Below are positions 27,935 to 37,386 of a DNA stretch of 64,000 bases, piece after piece; the first letter of the stretch is position 1, and every line of letters starts with the position of its first letter. The stretch covers positions 5,816-69,815 of IMG/VR virus record IMGVR_UViG_3300042010_000012. One strand, given 5' to 3'. Made by a program: the position numbers and the translations under genes. The notes under the pieces are model-generated. The model made no database searches. It worked only from the letters and a program-made list of their open reading frames with translations, and had not been told where the DNA came from. The stretch is from a virus.

Positions 27935-28723
27935 ATGTCAAGTAACGCACGCTTCAAACGCGAAACCCGTAAAGAACGTCGTGATTCAGAACGCGCAAGC
28001 AAGAACCCAGCGCCACAGCGTGGGAAACCTTCTGCAAACGACAGCACTACTACTGGTGAATCACTTGAGTATGAATATAAGCCTGCTGCTACAAAGAAAC
28101 TCGAACCACTGACTGATGGTCAAGCAATTCACATCGCAGCCCTGCTGCATGACGACATTGTGATCTCCATCGGCTCGGCTGGTACTGGTAAGACTTATCT
28201 GTCAGCGGCTGTTGCTGCTGAGCTGTATAAGAATGGGATGGTCAAGCGCATCATCATGTCCCGTCCACCAGTTGAGGTTGGACCGAAACTCGGTTACTTG
28301 CCTGGTGATATTGACGACAAGTTCGCTCCTTACCTTGAACCATTCAAGGCTGGACTGATTGATCGTCTTGGCTCAAACAAGTTTAAATGTGACTACAAGT
28401 CGCGTATACTTGCCAAGCCACTCGCTTACATGCGTGGTGCGACTTTTGATGATGCGGTGATGTTGCTCGACGAAGCGCAGAACACTTCTGTTGCTGAGAT
28501 GAAAATGTTCCTGACTCGTGCAGGTACTAATTCGAAGATCTTCATCAGCGGTGACGTCAATCAAACTGACCTGGGCTCTAAGGAAACTGGTCTGTCGTGG
28601 CTTGTGCGTCAAATCACGAAGCGCAACAAGGCTATTGAAATCGTTCGCTACACCCGAGAAGATTGCATCCGCTCTGGTTTGTGTGCTGACATGCTTGAAC
28701 TCATCGAAAACGAGGTTGCATAA
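27935..28723 (+). CDS. phoH: PhoH-like ATPase
   Basis: GSAGTGKTYLS Walker A and the conserved PhoH core. ATG at 27935 with RBS AAGGTG; the track start at 27926 is GTG. Confidence 0.85.
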   Translation: MSSNARFKRETRKERRDSERASKNPAPQRGKPSANDSTTTGESLEYEYKPAATKKLEPLTDGQAIHIAALLHDDIVISIGSAGTGKTYLSAAVAAELYKNGMVKRIIMSRPPVEVGPKLGYLPGDIDDKFAPYLEPFKAGLIDRLGSNKFKCDYKSRILAKPLAYMRGATFDDAVMLLDEAQNTSVAEMKMFLTRAGTNSKIFISGDVNQTDLGSKETGLSWLVRQITKRNKAIEIVRYTREDCIRSGLCADMLELIENEVA

Positions 28724-28778
28724 TATGCGTGAAGAATATGAAGGTTTCTGACGAAAGGCCTGACATCTAACTACAACA

Positions 28779-28803
28779 AACCCTGAGCAATCAGGGTTTT
28801 TAC
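28779..28803 (+). terminator. rho-independent terminator after phoH
   Basis: AACCCTGAGCAATCAGGGTT followed by TTTTAC. Confidence 0.5.
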
Positions 28804-28816
28804 TTTAAGGTACATT

Positions 28817-29584
28817 ATGCTGAATGACTGGAAGAAATTCGAGTGGGTCAAACTACCACTTGAAGACCTCAAGACCGAAGAAGGTGAAACGCGTTATTAC
28901 ATCATCGACGAAAACACCAAGTTACCATCAATGACCTCGATTCTTGGTCTACTTGATGATGGTGGTATCGATGAGTGGCGTGAACGTGTAGGTGAAGAGG
29001 AAGCCGACAAGATCGTCAAAGATGCAGTCGCACGCGGTAACAACCTGCATGACCTGTCTGAACGCTACCTCATGAACACCCTTGAGCGTAAAGACGTGCA
29101 AGGCCCTGGTTCACTGCTGTTCAATCGCTCACGCAAGAACCTCAACATGCTAGGCCCGATTATTGCTATCGAGGCGCCCCTGTACTCCCGTCAGAAGCGT
29201 TACGCAGGGCGTGTTGACTGCATAGCATTCGAAGGGTCTGACTTGTGCATCGTGGACCATAAGAACTCACGACGGGCGGTCAATCTGACGAAGAACTATG
29301 CACAGAAGAAACTTGTCACATACATATTCCAACTCTTTGGTTATGCGACTGCCTTCAAAGAAATGTTCCCGAAGCTACCAGCACCCACTCATGGTGTCTT
29401 GTTGTTCGGTAACTTCACTGAGATGTCTTCGTCGCGTTTCAAGGTCAAGTTCAATGAGCAGCTTGCTTATGAGTTTGACCTATTGATTGCGGCCTATTAT
29501 GGTTATGTCGACATCAAGCAAAGCGTGTTCTTCGACAAGGACCGTCTATTACCATTCATCGAGAGCCTGTTGGTTAAGGCTTGA
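28817..29584 (+). CDS. putative PD-(D/E)xK nuclease (YqaJ/lambda-exo-like)
   Basis: N-terminal LPSMTSILGLL resembles the YqaJ signature. GRVDCIAFEG...IVDHK is a D...E.K-type motif. Confidence 0.35.
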   Translation: MLNDWKKFEWVKLPLEDLKTEEGETRYYIIDENTKLPSMTSILGLLDDGGIDEWRERVGEEEADKIVKDAVARGNNLHDLSERYLMNTLERKDVQGPGSLLFNRSRKNLNMLGPIIAIEAPLYSRQKRYAGRVDCIAFEGSDLCIVDHKNSRRAVNLTKNYAQKKLVTYIFQLFGYATAFKEMFPKLPAPTHGVLLFGNFTEMSSSRFKVKFNEQLAYEFDLLIAAYYGYVDIKQSVFFDKDRLLPFIESLLVKA

Positions 29585-29638
29585 CATTCATCATGCAGTC
29601 ATCTAGTCTAGGTGGTTCAAGTGTAAAGAGAAACAATA

Positions 29639-30202
29639 ATGAGCACTCAATTGAAGGTGCTGGCCGTGTGGGCGTTACTGGTGTTTGGTGCTAACATAGT
29701 ACCATCGCAAAGTGAAGCATTATCCCTCACACCAAACACCGTCCCCGTTGAACTTAAAGTTGATCTGAAACAATCCAGTGTAACAAAGCCTGAAGTGTGT
29801 TATGCTAACGTCCAGTGTCGCAAGCTAGCTGAAGCTGTCTTCTTTGAAGGTCGCGGTGAGCCAGTAAAAGGCCAGTACGCAATAGCCTACACGATCATCA
29901 ATCGGAGAGATTCAGGTAAATATGCCGATGATGTTCACGGCGTTGTCAATCAGAAACGTCGAGGTATCTGTCAGTTCAGCTATATGTGCCAAATCAATGC
30001 TAAAGGTCGTCGAACGGCCATCGGTAACGATGATCGCTCATGGCAGAAAGCGTTAGATGTGGCATATAACACCTACTTCTATGAAGCAGCCGACCCAACA
30101 AAGGGTGGTGAGTTCTTTCATACGAAGCAAGTGAAACCGATCTGGCGACATCAGTTACAACCTGCTTTGGCATTGGGCAATCACATTTTCTATAGGAGTT
30201 GA
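29639..30202 (+). CDS. secreted cell-wall hydrolase (SleB/Hydrolase_2-like)
   Basis: Signal peptide (LKVLAVWALLVFGANIVPSQSEA). Core LAEAVFFEGRGEPVKGQYAIAYTIINR...GICQFSYMC. Confidence 0.6.
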   Translation: MSTQLKVLAVWALLVFGANIVPSQSEALSLTPNTVPVELKVDLKQSSVTKPEVCYANVQCRKLAEAVFFEGRGEPVKGQYAIAYTIINRRDSGKYADDVHGVVNQKRRGICQFSYMCQINAKGRRTAIGNDDRSWQKALDVAYNTYFYEAADPTKGGEFFHTKQVKPIWRHQLQPALALGNHIFYRS

Positions 30203-30426
30203 GTATGAAGATTCGTATTACAGGGTTGAAAGATCCTAACCATGAGCAGCACCACAAAGATGTAACCTTCGGCCGTGTGTACGAAGTGTTTGAACGCCCG
30301 ACTCGCAAAGTCTTCATTGACGATGCAGGCGACGACAACTACGGCGCATACTCTCCTCAAGGCATTTACACCTTCGAAGAGTGCGTTGAAGATGAACAGC
30401 TTGCAATTGAAACTGAGGCGGCCTAA
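30199..30426 (+). CDS. hypothetical protein
   Basis: 75-aa ORF. ATGA-type overlap with the upstream gene. Confidence 0.4.
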   Translation: MSMKIRITGLKDPNHEQHHKDVTFGRVYEVFERPTRKVFIDDAGDDNYGAYSPQGIYTFEECVEDEQLAIETEAA

Positions 30427-30427
30427 C

Positions 30428-30631
30428 ATGCTCGTTGCATTCAATGTAAAAGGTGACCCTGCGCACCATGCTATCGATGTAGACACAACCAACTTCCGCG
30501 AGGCAGTTGCAACTGTAAAGAACCACTATGCAGAAGGCCTTAAAACGCTTGACCGCTGTTTCGCTGTGATCGAATGCGGCAAGAAGCCCGCACCAGCTCC
30601 AGTCTTTGACTTTACGCCGAGATCGGCATAA
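30428..30631 (+). CDS. hypothetical protein
   Basis: ATG at 30428, 2 nt after the upstream stop. The track ORF 30275.. begins earlier in overlap. Confidence 0.4.
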   Translation: MLVAFNVKGDPAHHAIDVDTTNFREAVATVKNHYAEGLKTLDRCFAVIECGKKPAPAPVFDFTPRSA

Positions 30632-30643
30632 CCGGAGCACCAA

Positions 30644-30868
30644 ATGTACAAAGACGCAAACGAGTTCAGCCTTTATATCGAAGGCTTGAAAGAGGAAAAG
30701 GCATTCGATACCTACACCGAAACAATCGTGTGGTTTTACACGAATGAAACTGACCATGAGATGCCTGAGATCGCGAAGATGCTCAACAGCAAAATCATCG
30801 GTTGTATCGAGAACGAAGCGTCGGCAGCGGGCTTGCTGAAAGACACGCCAGGTGTGAGGTTGATGTAA
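30644..30868 (+). CDS. hypothetical protein
   Basis: 74-aa ORF. Confidence 0.4.
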   Translation: MYKDANEFSLYIEGLKEEKAFDTYTETIVWFYTNETDHEMPEIAKMLNSKIIGCIENEASAAGLLKDTPGVRLM

Positions 30869-30869
30869 C

Positions 30870-31223
30870 ATGTACGGATCAGTCGACGACTTTTATCAAA
30901 AGGTTGTCGCGGTCGATTACGACGACACGATAAGCCATCATGACAATGCCTGGTTGAAGATCCTCAAGGCATTCGAGTTGACTGGCTATCGTGTCATTAT
31001 CGTTACCTACCGCCAACCTGATTGCTGCCCTGAAGACCTCGACTTCCTAGTTAAGGCTGGGTATAAGGTGTACTTCACTGGTCAACAGTCAAAGCGACAG
31101 TTCATGTTGATGCGTGGGATCAAAGTTGACATCTGGGTTGACGATACACCAGAGTCGATCATCTTTGACTACAGCACCTATCACAGCAAGTTCGATATTG
31201 ATGAGGAGTATATCGTGCAATGA
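30870..31223 (+). CDS. HAD-superfamily phosphatase (nucleotidase-like)
   Basis: Motif I VAVDYDDTIS (DxDxT). Motif IV-like VDDTP. 117 aa. Confidence 0.5.
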   Translation: MYGSVDDFYQKVVAVDYDDTISHHDNAWLKILKAFELTGYRVIIVTYRQPDCCPEDLDFLVKAGYKVYFTGQQSKRQFMLMRGIKVDIWVDDTPESIIFDYSTYHSKFDIDEEYIVQ

Positions 31224-31477
31224 AAGAACATTGGTTGATGAGATCCTACGGCAAACGTCGTTGGACGATCAGTGGTCATGACTCAGTCGAAGAGGCTAAA
31301 GAGGCCGCTCGCAAATTCATTGCCTCTGGTCATATCTTTCCAGATGGAACTCGATTGTATGTTGAGTCAAACGTCCACATCGGGGTTGTCTACGGCAACA
31401 CTATTCAAAACTACATGCCGGCCTATGATGTTAAAAAGGTAATCGCTGGTTATCCCAACCATGAGTTGCACCTATGA
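31220..31477 (+). CDS. hypothetical protein
   Basis: 85-aa ORF with ATGA overlaps on both sides. Confidence 0.4.
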   Translation: MKEHWLMRSYGKRRWTISGHDSVEEAKEAARKFIASGHIFPDGTRLYVESNVHIGVVYGNTIQNYMPAYDVKKVIAGYPNHELHL

Positions 31478-32085
31478 ATGGTCTTGAAGCGTACAAGACC
31501 TTTCTCGGTATGGGTCTGCACTTCCGTGGCAACCTCGATGGATGGAAATACAACTTCAGCGGTAAGTGTAAGCCTGAGACATTTGCTACCAAGAAGCGTC
31601 TCGTGTACCAGTATGCAAAGATTGAGCGCGATCATCCGACTAAGCTTGACCAGATCAAGTTTTTCTACCCTGCGTTCAAGTCTGGTTATGTGAAGCCTGA
31701 TGCGATCGGTATGATGCATGGTTGTCACAGTCGGTTCGAGAAAGAGTTCGGCTTTGGTCTTGTTTCGCGACATAAGGCATGGATTGAAGGATTGATGAAG
31801 GAGCATATCCTTCTCAGCTTCTTTGAACTCTTTGCCTGTAGTGAGATGCTACCTAAGTTCTATCAGTTGTACGCTGAGAAGCATATGACACACGACCAAG
31901 CAGTTGTATTATGTCTCGTCGTTCCTGAGCTACTAAATACGGTAGTGTCTAATGAGCCGTTTGTATTTGAGGCATGGAAAGTTAAATTAGAGTTTGACAT
32001 GAAGTTCATGCAACTTTATATTAGCGGTCCACTTCTGAGACAGCTTAAAGACGCTACAGTAGAAGCATTCAAAAACAGTAACTAA
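31474..32085 (+). CDS. 59: helicase loader (gp59-like), by position and weak similarity
   Basis: 203 aa directly upstream of gene 32, as in T4. N-terminal YKTFLGMGLHFRGNLDGWKY resembles gp59 YKLYLMIKQHMNGKYDVIKY. Confidence 0.5.
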   Translation: MNGLEAYKTFLGMGLHFRGNLDGWKYNFSGKCKPETFATKKRLVYQYAKIERDHPTKLDQIKFFYPAFKSGYVKPDAIGMMHGCHSRFEKEFGFGLVSRHKAWIEGLMKEHILLSFFELFACSEMLPKFYQLYAEKHMTHDQAVVLCLVVPELLNTVVSNEPFVFEAWKVKLEFDMKFMQLYISGPLLRQLKDATVEAFKNSN

Positions 32086-32120
32086 ATCAAGTAACAAAAC
32101 TTCTTAAAGGTGATTCAAAA

Positions 32121-33095
32121 ATGGTCGACTTCGCAAAACTTCGCAGCAATCGCGGTTCCACTCTGTCCAAACTGACCGAGAAGCTGGAAACTCTGAACAA
32201 GGGTTCTAGCACCCAGAAAGATGAGCGTCTGTACAAGCCTGGTTTCGATAAGAAAGAAGGCAAGGGCTACGCCGTCATTCGTTTCCTTCCTGCAAAAGAA
32301 GGCGAGCATTTTGTTCGTGTGTTCAGTCACGCATTCAAAGGCAAGGATGGCTGGTACATCGAGAACAGTCGTTCGACTATCGGTGAAGAAGATCCGGTCG
32401 GTATCGCTAACACCCTGTACTGGAAGAAAGGCGAGAACGAAGGTAACGAGTCGTTTAAAAACATCGCTCGGTCCCGCAAGCGCAACACCAAGTACTTCTC
32501 CAACATCTACGTGATCAAAGACACTGTCACTCCTGACTGGAATGGCAAGAACGCGATCTATGAATTCGGTGGCCAGATCTTCAAGAAAATTGAAGGTGCT
32601 GCAAAACCTGAGTTCGAAGATGATCAGCCGATGGATCCGTTCGACATGTGGAGCGGTGCAGACTTCAAGATCAAGATCGTCGGTAAAGAGATTCCTGATC
32701 AGCGCAACGGCGGCAAGACTGTAGTTCCTAACTACGAAAACAGCGAATTTGACCGCGTGTCCGAACTGTTTGAAGGTGACGACGCCAAGAAAGAAGAGCT
32801 GTTCGGTAAGACCTACGACCTGTCTGAGTTCCTGAAAGTCAAGACTTTCGAAGAACTGGCTGTTCGCTTCAAGAAAGTGACTGGCGAAGCGCACAACAAA
32901 CTGGAATCGGGTGACCCTGCTGAATCGGTTGCAGCGCGTCTGGAAAAGCAAGCTGACCTGGACACCAACGTTGACAACGGTGATGATGCAGCGGGCAAGT
33001 CTGTTGACGAAGCATCCGAGCAAACCGCATCGTCTGATGCAGTAGAAGGCGAAAGCGTTCTGGACATGTTCAAGCGTATGGCCGAACAAGCCTAA
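32121..33095 (+). CDS. 32: ssDNA-binding protein gp32
   Basis: YAVIRFLPAKEGEHF...HAFKGKDGWYIENS matches T4 gp32 QAVIRFLPSKNDEQ...HGFKKNGKWYIETS. Acidic C-terminus. The - ORF 32115..33230 is a shadow. Confidence 0.85.
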   Translation: MVDFAKLRSNRGSTLSKLTEKLETLNKGSSTQKDERLYKPGFDKKEGKGYAVIRFLPAKEGEHFVRVFSHAFKGKDGWYIENSRSTIGEEDPVGIANTLYWKKGENEGNESFKNIARSRKRNTKYFSNIYVIKDTVTPDWNGKNAIYEFGGQIFKKIEGAAKPEFEDDQPMDPFDMWSGADFKIKIVGKEIPDQRNGGKTVVPNYENSEFDRVSELFEGDDAKKEELFGKTYDLSEFLKVKTFEELAVRFKKVTGEAHNKLESGDPAESVAARLEKQADLDTNVDNGDDAAGKSVDEASEQTASSDAVEGESVLDMFKRMAEQA

Positions 33096-33110
33096 GCAAC
33101 ATGTGAGTAG

Positions 33111-33139
33111 TTGACAAGGACCCGAAAGGGTCCTTTTCC
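33111..33139 (+). terminator. terminator hairpin after gene 32 with embedded TTGACA (PeSL-like element)
   Basis: TTGACA AGGACCCGAAAGGGTCC TTTTCC, then TATAAG. Same architecture as the two - strand elements at about 49850 and about 50119. Confidence 0.5.
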
Positions 33140-33158
33140 ATATAAGTGAGGAATCAAT

Positions 33159-33677
33159 ATGATCAAACACCTTCTGAGTAGACATTACGACCCGTCGCGT
33201 TACGTGCACCAGCACATCGATCATGACCAACGTATTCTGACCGTGCTACTTCACAACCTGTCAGGTCAATACGTCGGCTTTCAACAGTATCGACCAGACA
33301 TCAAAGAGAAGCGCCATAACGATCCTCGTGAATCGCGCTACTTCACATACGCACCAAGAGATACCAGCGCCCTGTGGGGCCTTGAGAGCTACGACAGCAG
33401 CAAAGCAGATATCTACGTTGTCGAAGGGATCTTCAAAGCGGCGACACTACACAGCGTGGGCCTGAACGCGCTTGCTGTCTTGACAGCGAACCCTGTGAAG
33501 ATGCAGTCATTGCTTTGGCTGTTGAGTCATAGTCACAATGTCATTGCGATCGGTGACAACGATGCAGCAGGGGCGCAACTGGTCAAGCTGGTAGGTCGAG
33601 GTTTTCAGAGTGATGATCTTGACGAAATGCCACTGGAGGACGTTTACCAATTAATCCAAACAAAACGCTTGACATGA
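33159..33677 (+). CDS. Toprim-domain protein
   Basis: IYVVEGIFKAATL...VIAIGDNDAAG carries the E...DxD Toprim motif. Confidence 0.45.
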   Translation: MIKHLLSRHYDPSRYVHQHIDHDQRILTVLLHNLSGQYVGFQQYRPDIKEKRHNDPRESRYFTYAPRDTSALWGLESYDSSKADIYVVEGIFKAATLHSVGLNALAVLTANPVKMQSLLWLLSHSHNVIAIGDNDAAGAQLVKLVGRGFQSDDLDEMPLEDVYQLIQTKRLT

Positions 33678-33736
33678 TGGTAGGTAACGTCCATAATCAA
33701 CTCATCGAAACAAACAACGTGAAGAAGGACGACATC

Positions 33737-33982
33737 ATGAACAAGCAAGCACTCAACACAGCTCAACTCAAAAAGTTCATGGACGGCTACAACAAAAAGG
33801 TGGCTACCGTGACTGCTGGTGAAAGTGACAAAGGCGGCTCTCCATTTCGTCGTGCTACTTGGTCTTCGTTGGGTTACGAATACGCCCGCAGTGAGGTCGT
33901 TCGTCAACAGGTTGCAGGTCAGAATGTTGTTCTCAAAATGCTCGATGCAACTGAAGCACAAGCGGTCTGGTTGAAAGGTTAA
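33737..33982 (+). CDS. hypothetical protein
   Basis: ATG at 33737 with RBS GAAGGA; the track ORF begins earlier at 33674. Confidence 0.4.
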   Translation: MNKQALNTAQLKKFMDGYNKKVATVTAGESDKGGSPFRRATWSSLGYEYARSEVVRQQVAGQNVVLKMLDATEAQAVWLKG

Positions 33983-33997
33983 TCACCAGACAAAACA

Positions 33998-34022
33998 AAG
34001 GGCCTTAATCGGCCCTTTTGTT
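33998..34022. terminator. bidirectional rho-independent terminator between convergent blocks
   Basis: AAGGGCC TTAATC GGCCCTT with T-runs on both strands. Confidence 0.6.
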
Positions 34023-34572
34023 ATTTCAGCACTTTCAATGCCTTGTTGTAGAACTCGACTCGTTCAGCGAGTCCATTGACGCCACCGTTGATCCGTCTGG
34101 TGATTGTCTCGAACGCCGAGATATCAGCAAGATCATTCAACTTGCGTGAATCCCAGAACCATGCAGCAGACAAAGCAGCATATTTTGGCTGTTCCAAAAG
34201 TTCAGGTGTCTTCAACAACCGATCATCACCAAACAACCCCTTGCTGCACGCCAGATAGTTGTCATGACCAGTGATCTGAATCAGACCACGACCACGATAC
34301 TTCTGACCATCCCCATCAGCTTCAGGTGTATTACCTAAACGCGCAGCAAGCGTGCCTGTGTCGTACTTCGCCAGATAGGCGTTGTTACCGAGTTCTTTCA
34401 GCCAGACAAACTGGCCCGACTCATGACCGACTTGCGCAATGAATGCAGCCCTGCGCAAGCGCGTGATGATCTGGTACTTGTCCATTGCTTCATTCAGACC
34501 AGGCAGCATAGCGTCAGCCATCTTGCCAGACTTTGGTAGAATTGCAACAAGTTGTTCTTTGGTGATAGGCAT
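34021..34572 (-). CDS. endolysin (GH19 chitinase-like lysozyme)
   Basis: FIAQVGHESG...YRGRGLIQITGHDNY matches the GH19 catalytic region. Confidence 0.7.
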   Translation of the reverse strand: MPITKEQLVAILPKSGKMADAMLPGLNEAMDKYQIITRLRRAAFIAQVGHESGQFVWLKELGNNAYLAKYDTGTLAARLGNTPEADGDGQKYRGRGLIQITGHDNYLACSKGLFGDDRLLKTPELLEQPKYAALSAAWFWDSRKLNDLADISAFETITRRINGGVNGLAERVEFYNKALKVLK

Positions 34573-34574
34573 TG

Positions 34575-34943
34575 TTAATCCTTATAGCTTGAGGCACCAC
34601 CGATACGAACGCCAACCCAGAAACCACAAGCACGCCAATTAGCAATGCCTTCAGCACGTAGGGCACGGTAGAACACAGCGTCAGCGCGTGCGCGTGTCAG
34701 CTTACCGTTGCGGTATAGGTAGTCATGAACAGTACTTGCATAGTTGCCGTAACCGGCAAACAACGCGAAGAGTGGGAAGAGTACGACGTTATGTAGACCA
34801 CCGATACTGGCGAAGTCTGTGACGAAGTCTTTAGGAACTACAATCATCCCTTCAACATCGTCGTCATAGACCAAATCAGCGGTGAGCTGACGAATGGTCC
34901 GGTCAATTTGATCAGTCTTTAAAGTTGTTACGAACTTGCTCAT
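34575..34943 (-). CDS. DUF1353-domain protein
   Basis: VVPKDFVTDFASIG...STVHDYLY...ADAVF matches the DUF1353 signature. Start at the ATG after AAGGAG (MSKF...). Confidence 0.5.
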   Translation of the reverse strand: MSKFVTTLKTDQIDRTIRQLTADLVYDDDVEGMIVVPKDFVTDFASIGGLHNVVLFPLFALFAGYGNYASTVHDYLYRNGKLTRARADAVFYRALRAEGIANWRACGFWVGVRIGGASSYKD

Positions 34944-34972
34944 AGACATCTCCTTGGTGGTATTACATCGAT

Positions 34973-35620
34973 TTACTTCTTGAGCTTGTAAGCATCGGCA
35001 TTTGAACCTTTCTGGAATCGTGCCAGTGGTAAGAACAAAGCCATCTCCCAAGACTGCGAAGGTACTTCGACGAACACTGATTTGACGTGGTCCATACGGT
35101 ATGAGTGAATGCAATGCTTGAACATGTCGACTTCACTTAGGTTCTTCAGCAGTTCCCATTCAAGAGCCAACTTTGTGTGTTTGCGATAACGACTCTCGGT
35201 GCGCAGCTTCAACAGGGCGGCAAACGCGATCATCCGCATCTTTGGCGAGAGATAGTGCATGTTCAGTCCAATGACAATCTCCATCCCGTCTTTCGCTTTG
35301 TATGAGCTTATAGGGAACATCATTGGGTAACGGTCCCAGATAGGCAGAGTCGCCTTGTGCTTGGCATCGTATTCAAAGAAGTACATACGACCAGGCGTCA
35401 GCTTCTTAGCCCACAAACTGCGATCTCGAAACATCGCGCCTGTACCGAGCTTGTTGTAAGACTTACCAACATAGTTGCGGAACCAGTCAAGCGATGCGGC
35501 GATGTTGCGCTTCATTGAATTCGGGTTATTACGGTAAAACGCTTTCTCAAGGTTTTTTAGGATCTCAAGGTCCGTGCCTGTCGAGTTCTTGACTGGTTCG
35601 TCTTTTGGTTGCGCGGCCAT
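34973..35620 (-). CDS. hypothetical late protein
   Basis: 215 aa. First gene downstream of an exact late promoter. Confidence 0.5.
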   Translation of the reverse strand: MAAQPKDEPVKNSTGTDLEILKNLEKAFYRNNPNSMKRNIAASLDWFRNYVGKSYNKLGTGAMFRDRSLWAKKLTPGRMYFFEYDAKHKATLPIWDRYPMMFPISSYKAKDGMEIVIGLNMHYLSPKMRMIAFAALLKLRTESRYRKHTKLALEWELLKNLSEVDMFKHCIHSYRMDHVKSVFVEVPSQSWEMALFLPLARFQKGSNADAYKLKK

Positions 35621-35665
35621 AAATTATGGAGTCCTAGCTAAATAACAGATGTGTATATTCTCTAG

Positions 35666-35673
35666 TATTTATA
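35666..35673 (-). promoter_or_regulatory. T4-type late promoter TATAAATA for the lysis-module operon
   Basis: + strand tatttata = TATAAATACTAG on the - strand, 46 nt upstream of the ATG at 35620. Confidence 0.55.
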
Positions 35674-35688
35674 GGACAAAACCACGTT

Positions 35689-36657
35689 ATGGCTTCTTTC
35701 AAAGAACATACAGCGAACATCTTGCAAAATGGCCTGGCGCGTACTAACCGATTCCAGGTACTCATTCCTACACCTATGATGCGCAATGATGCTATTGGTG
35801 ATGAATCGAGTGATGAGTTCGTAGGGCCTAAACCACCTGTCTCCAAACTCAAAGCGTTGTTTGGTGAAGCAGTCAAAGTGATTCGTATCTTCACTGGTGG
35901 TGGTTCTGCTGAATACACCCGTGGTCTTGATTTGATGTGTTCACAGACTGAACTTCCTGGCAAGACGATCAACACGTCCGAGACCAAGTATAACGGTGAC
36001 GTACACAAGATTGGTCAGTCATTGATGTACGGCAACCAGCAGTTCACCTTTCATGTGTCACAGGACATGTATGAAAAGACCATCATCGATCAGTGGATGA
36101 ATATGGTCGTTGATCCTGAAACGCATGAAGTTAGTTATCTGACCGACTATGCGGTAACGATCAACGTGTTCCAGCTTGATCAGAACGACAAGATTGTCCA
36201 TGCAATCGCGCTGATTGACGCATTCCCAGTCATGATGAACCCACTGACATTGTCGAACAGTGAGCATAACAACGTGCACGAATTGATGGTTCAGTTTGCC
36301 TATCGTCGTTGGATTAACCTTGATCTCTCAGCAGACCCTGAGAACAGCATGGACAGTCTACTTGATACACCACTAGGTCCGTACCTTGCGCCGATCTTGT
36401 CGAACCCTGTGGTACAGCGTGGTCTTGAATATGTGAAGAATACAACCGGCCTCGATCTGCAAGGCGAAGCATTGAACATATATAAGCAGGTAGACGACAT
36501 CGTCAAAAATACAACTGGTGAATCGATTAACAAATCTGTTGGTCTGATGAACTCAATCAAAGCCTCACTTGATGTCAACGATAAAATCACCCAAGCCGAT
36601 GCAGGCAAGTTGTTTGATTTCGTTGAAGGTGCAGTGCAGAAATTTAAACCAAACTAG
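35689..36657 (+). CDS. baseplate tail-tube family protein (gp48/gp54/gp19-like)
   Basis: N-terminal RTNRFQVLIPTP resembles gp19 RPNLFQV and gp54 NMFSCVFATTP. 322 aa, similar in size to gp54. Confidence 0.5.
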   Translation: MASFKEHTANILQNGLARTNRFQVLIPTPMMRNDAIGDESSDEFVGPKPPVSKLKALFGEAVKVIRIFTGGGSAEYTRGLDLMCSQTELPGKTINTSETKYNGDVHKIGQSLMYGNQQFTFHVSQDMYEKTIIDQWMNMVVDPETHEVSYLTDYAVTINVFQLDQNDKIVHAIALIDAFPVMMNPLTLSNSEHNNVHELMVQFAYRRWINLDLSADPENSMDSLLDTPLGPYLAPILSNPVVQRGLEYVKNTTGLDLQGEALNIYKQVDDIVKNTTGESINKSVGLMNSIKASLDVNDKITQADAGKLFDFVEGAVQKFKPN

Positions 36658-36670
36658 GTGAAGACACACT

Positions 36671-37384
36671 ATGGCACTTCCTAAGATCCAACACACGCTG
36701 TACTCTCACACTTTGGTAGGCTTGGGTAAGCAAATCAAGTTTCGCCCATTCACTAACCAAGAGCAAAAGACCTTGCTGTTGGCTAAAGACGCCAAGGGTA
36801 CCGCTGATGAGAAAGAGGCAGTGGTCAATGCTATTGAGCAGATTGTAGGTAACTGCACCCTGGGTAAGATTGATGGTTCGTCTCTGTCGACATTCGACAT
36901 TGAAGACTTGTTCCTGCGCATTCGTGCCAAGTCTGTGGGTGAAGTGATCAACGTTCAATACCGCTATGACTTCCGTGATGCTGAAGACCGTCCACAAAGT
37001 CGATTCATCAAGGCTGCGATTAACGTTGACGACATCAAAGTTAAGGTCGATCCTGAGCATACCAAAGTCATTATGGTCAGCGACAAGATCGGTATGACCA
37101 TGCGTTACCCGACCTTCAAGATGCTCAAAGACATCGCCAGCGAAGATGACTTGCCACTTGAATGCATCGACACCATTTTCGATGAAAGTGAAATTCATGA
37201 CCGTAACTCGGTCACGCGTGAAGAGCTTGTAGCGTTCTATGACGACATCGATACCGCAGGTCTGCTGAAGATCAAAAAGTTCTTTGACACAATGCCTTCT
37301 CTCCAACACACCATCGAACTTGATGTCGGTGACGGTAAGACAGAAACCGTGACATTCAAAGGGCTCAACGATTTTTTTATCTAA
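36671..37384 (+). CDS. putative baseplate hub-associated protein
   Basis: 237 aa between a tube-like protein and the gp29 homologue. Weak resemblance (KFRPFTNQEQ) to T4 hub proteins. Assignment is by context. Confidence 0.3.
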   Translation: MALPKIQHTLYSHTLVGLGKQIKFRPFTNQEQKTLLLAKDAKGTADEKEAVVNAIEQIVGNCTLGKIDGSSLSTFDIEDLFLRIRAKSVGEVINVQYRYDFRDAEDRPQSRFIKAAINVDDIKVKVDPEHTKVIMVSDKIGMTMRYPTFKMLKDIASEDDLPLECIDTIFDESEIHDRNSVTREELVAFYDDIDTAGLLKIKKFFDTMPSLQHTIELDVGDGKTETVTFKGLNDFFI

Positions 37385-37386
37385 CG

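Noticed and set aside
32115-33230. 371-aa - strand ORF
   Set aside because: It is antisense to the unmistakable gp32 homologue.
35637-35645. CTAAATAA on the + strand as a late promoter for the baseplate operon
   Set aside because: It has two mismatches to TATAAATA at the most conserved 5' positions. It is mentioned in the late-promoter finding but is too weak to annotate.
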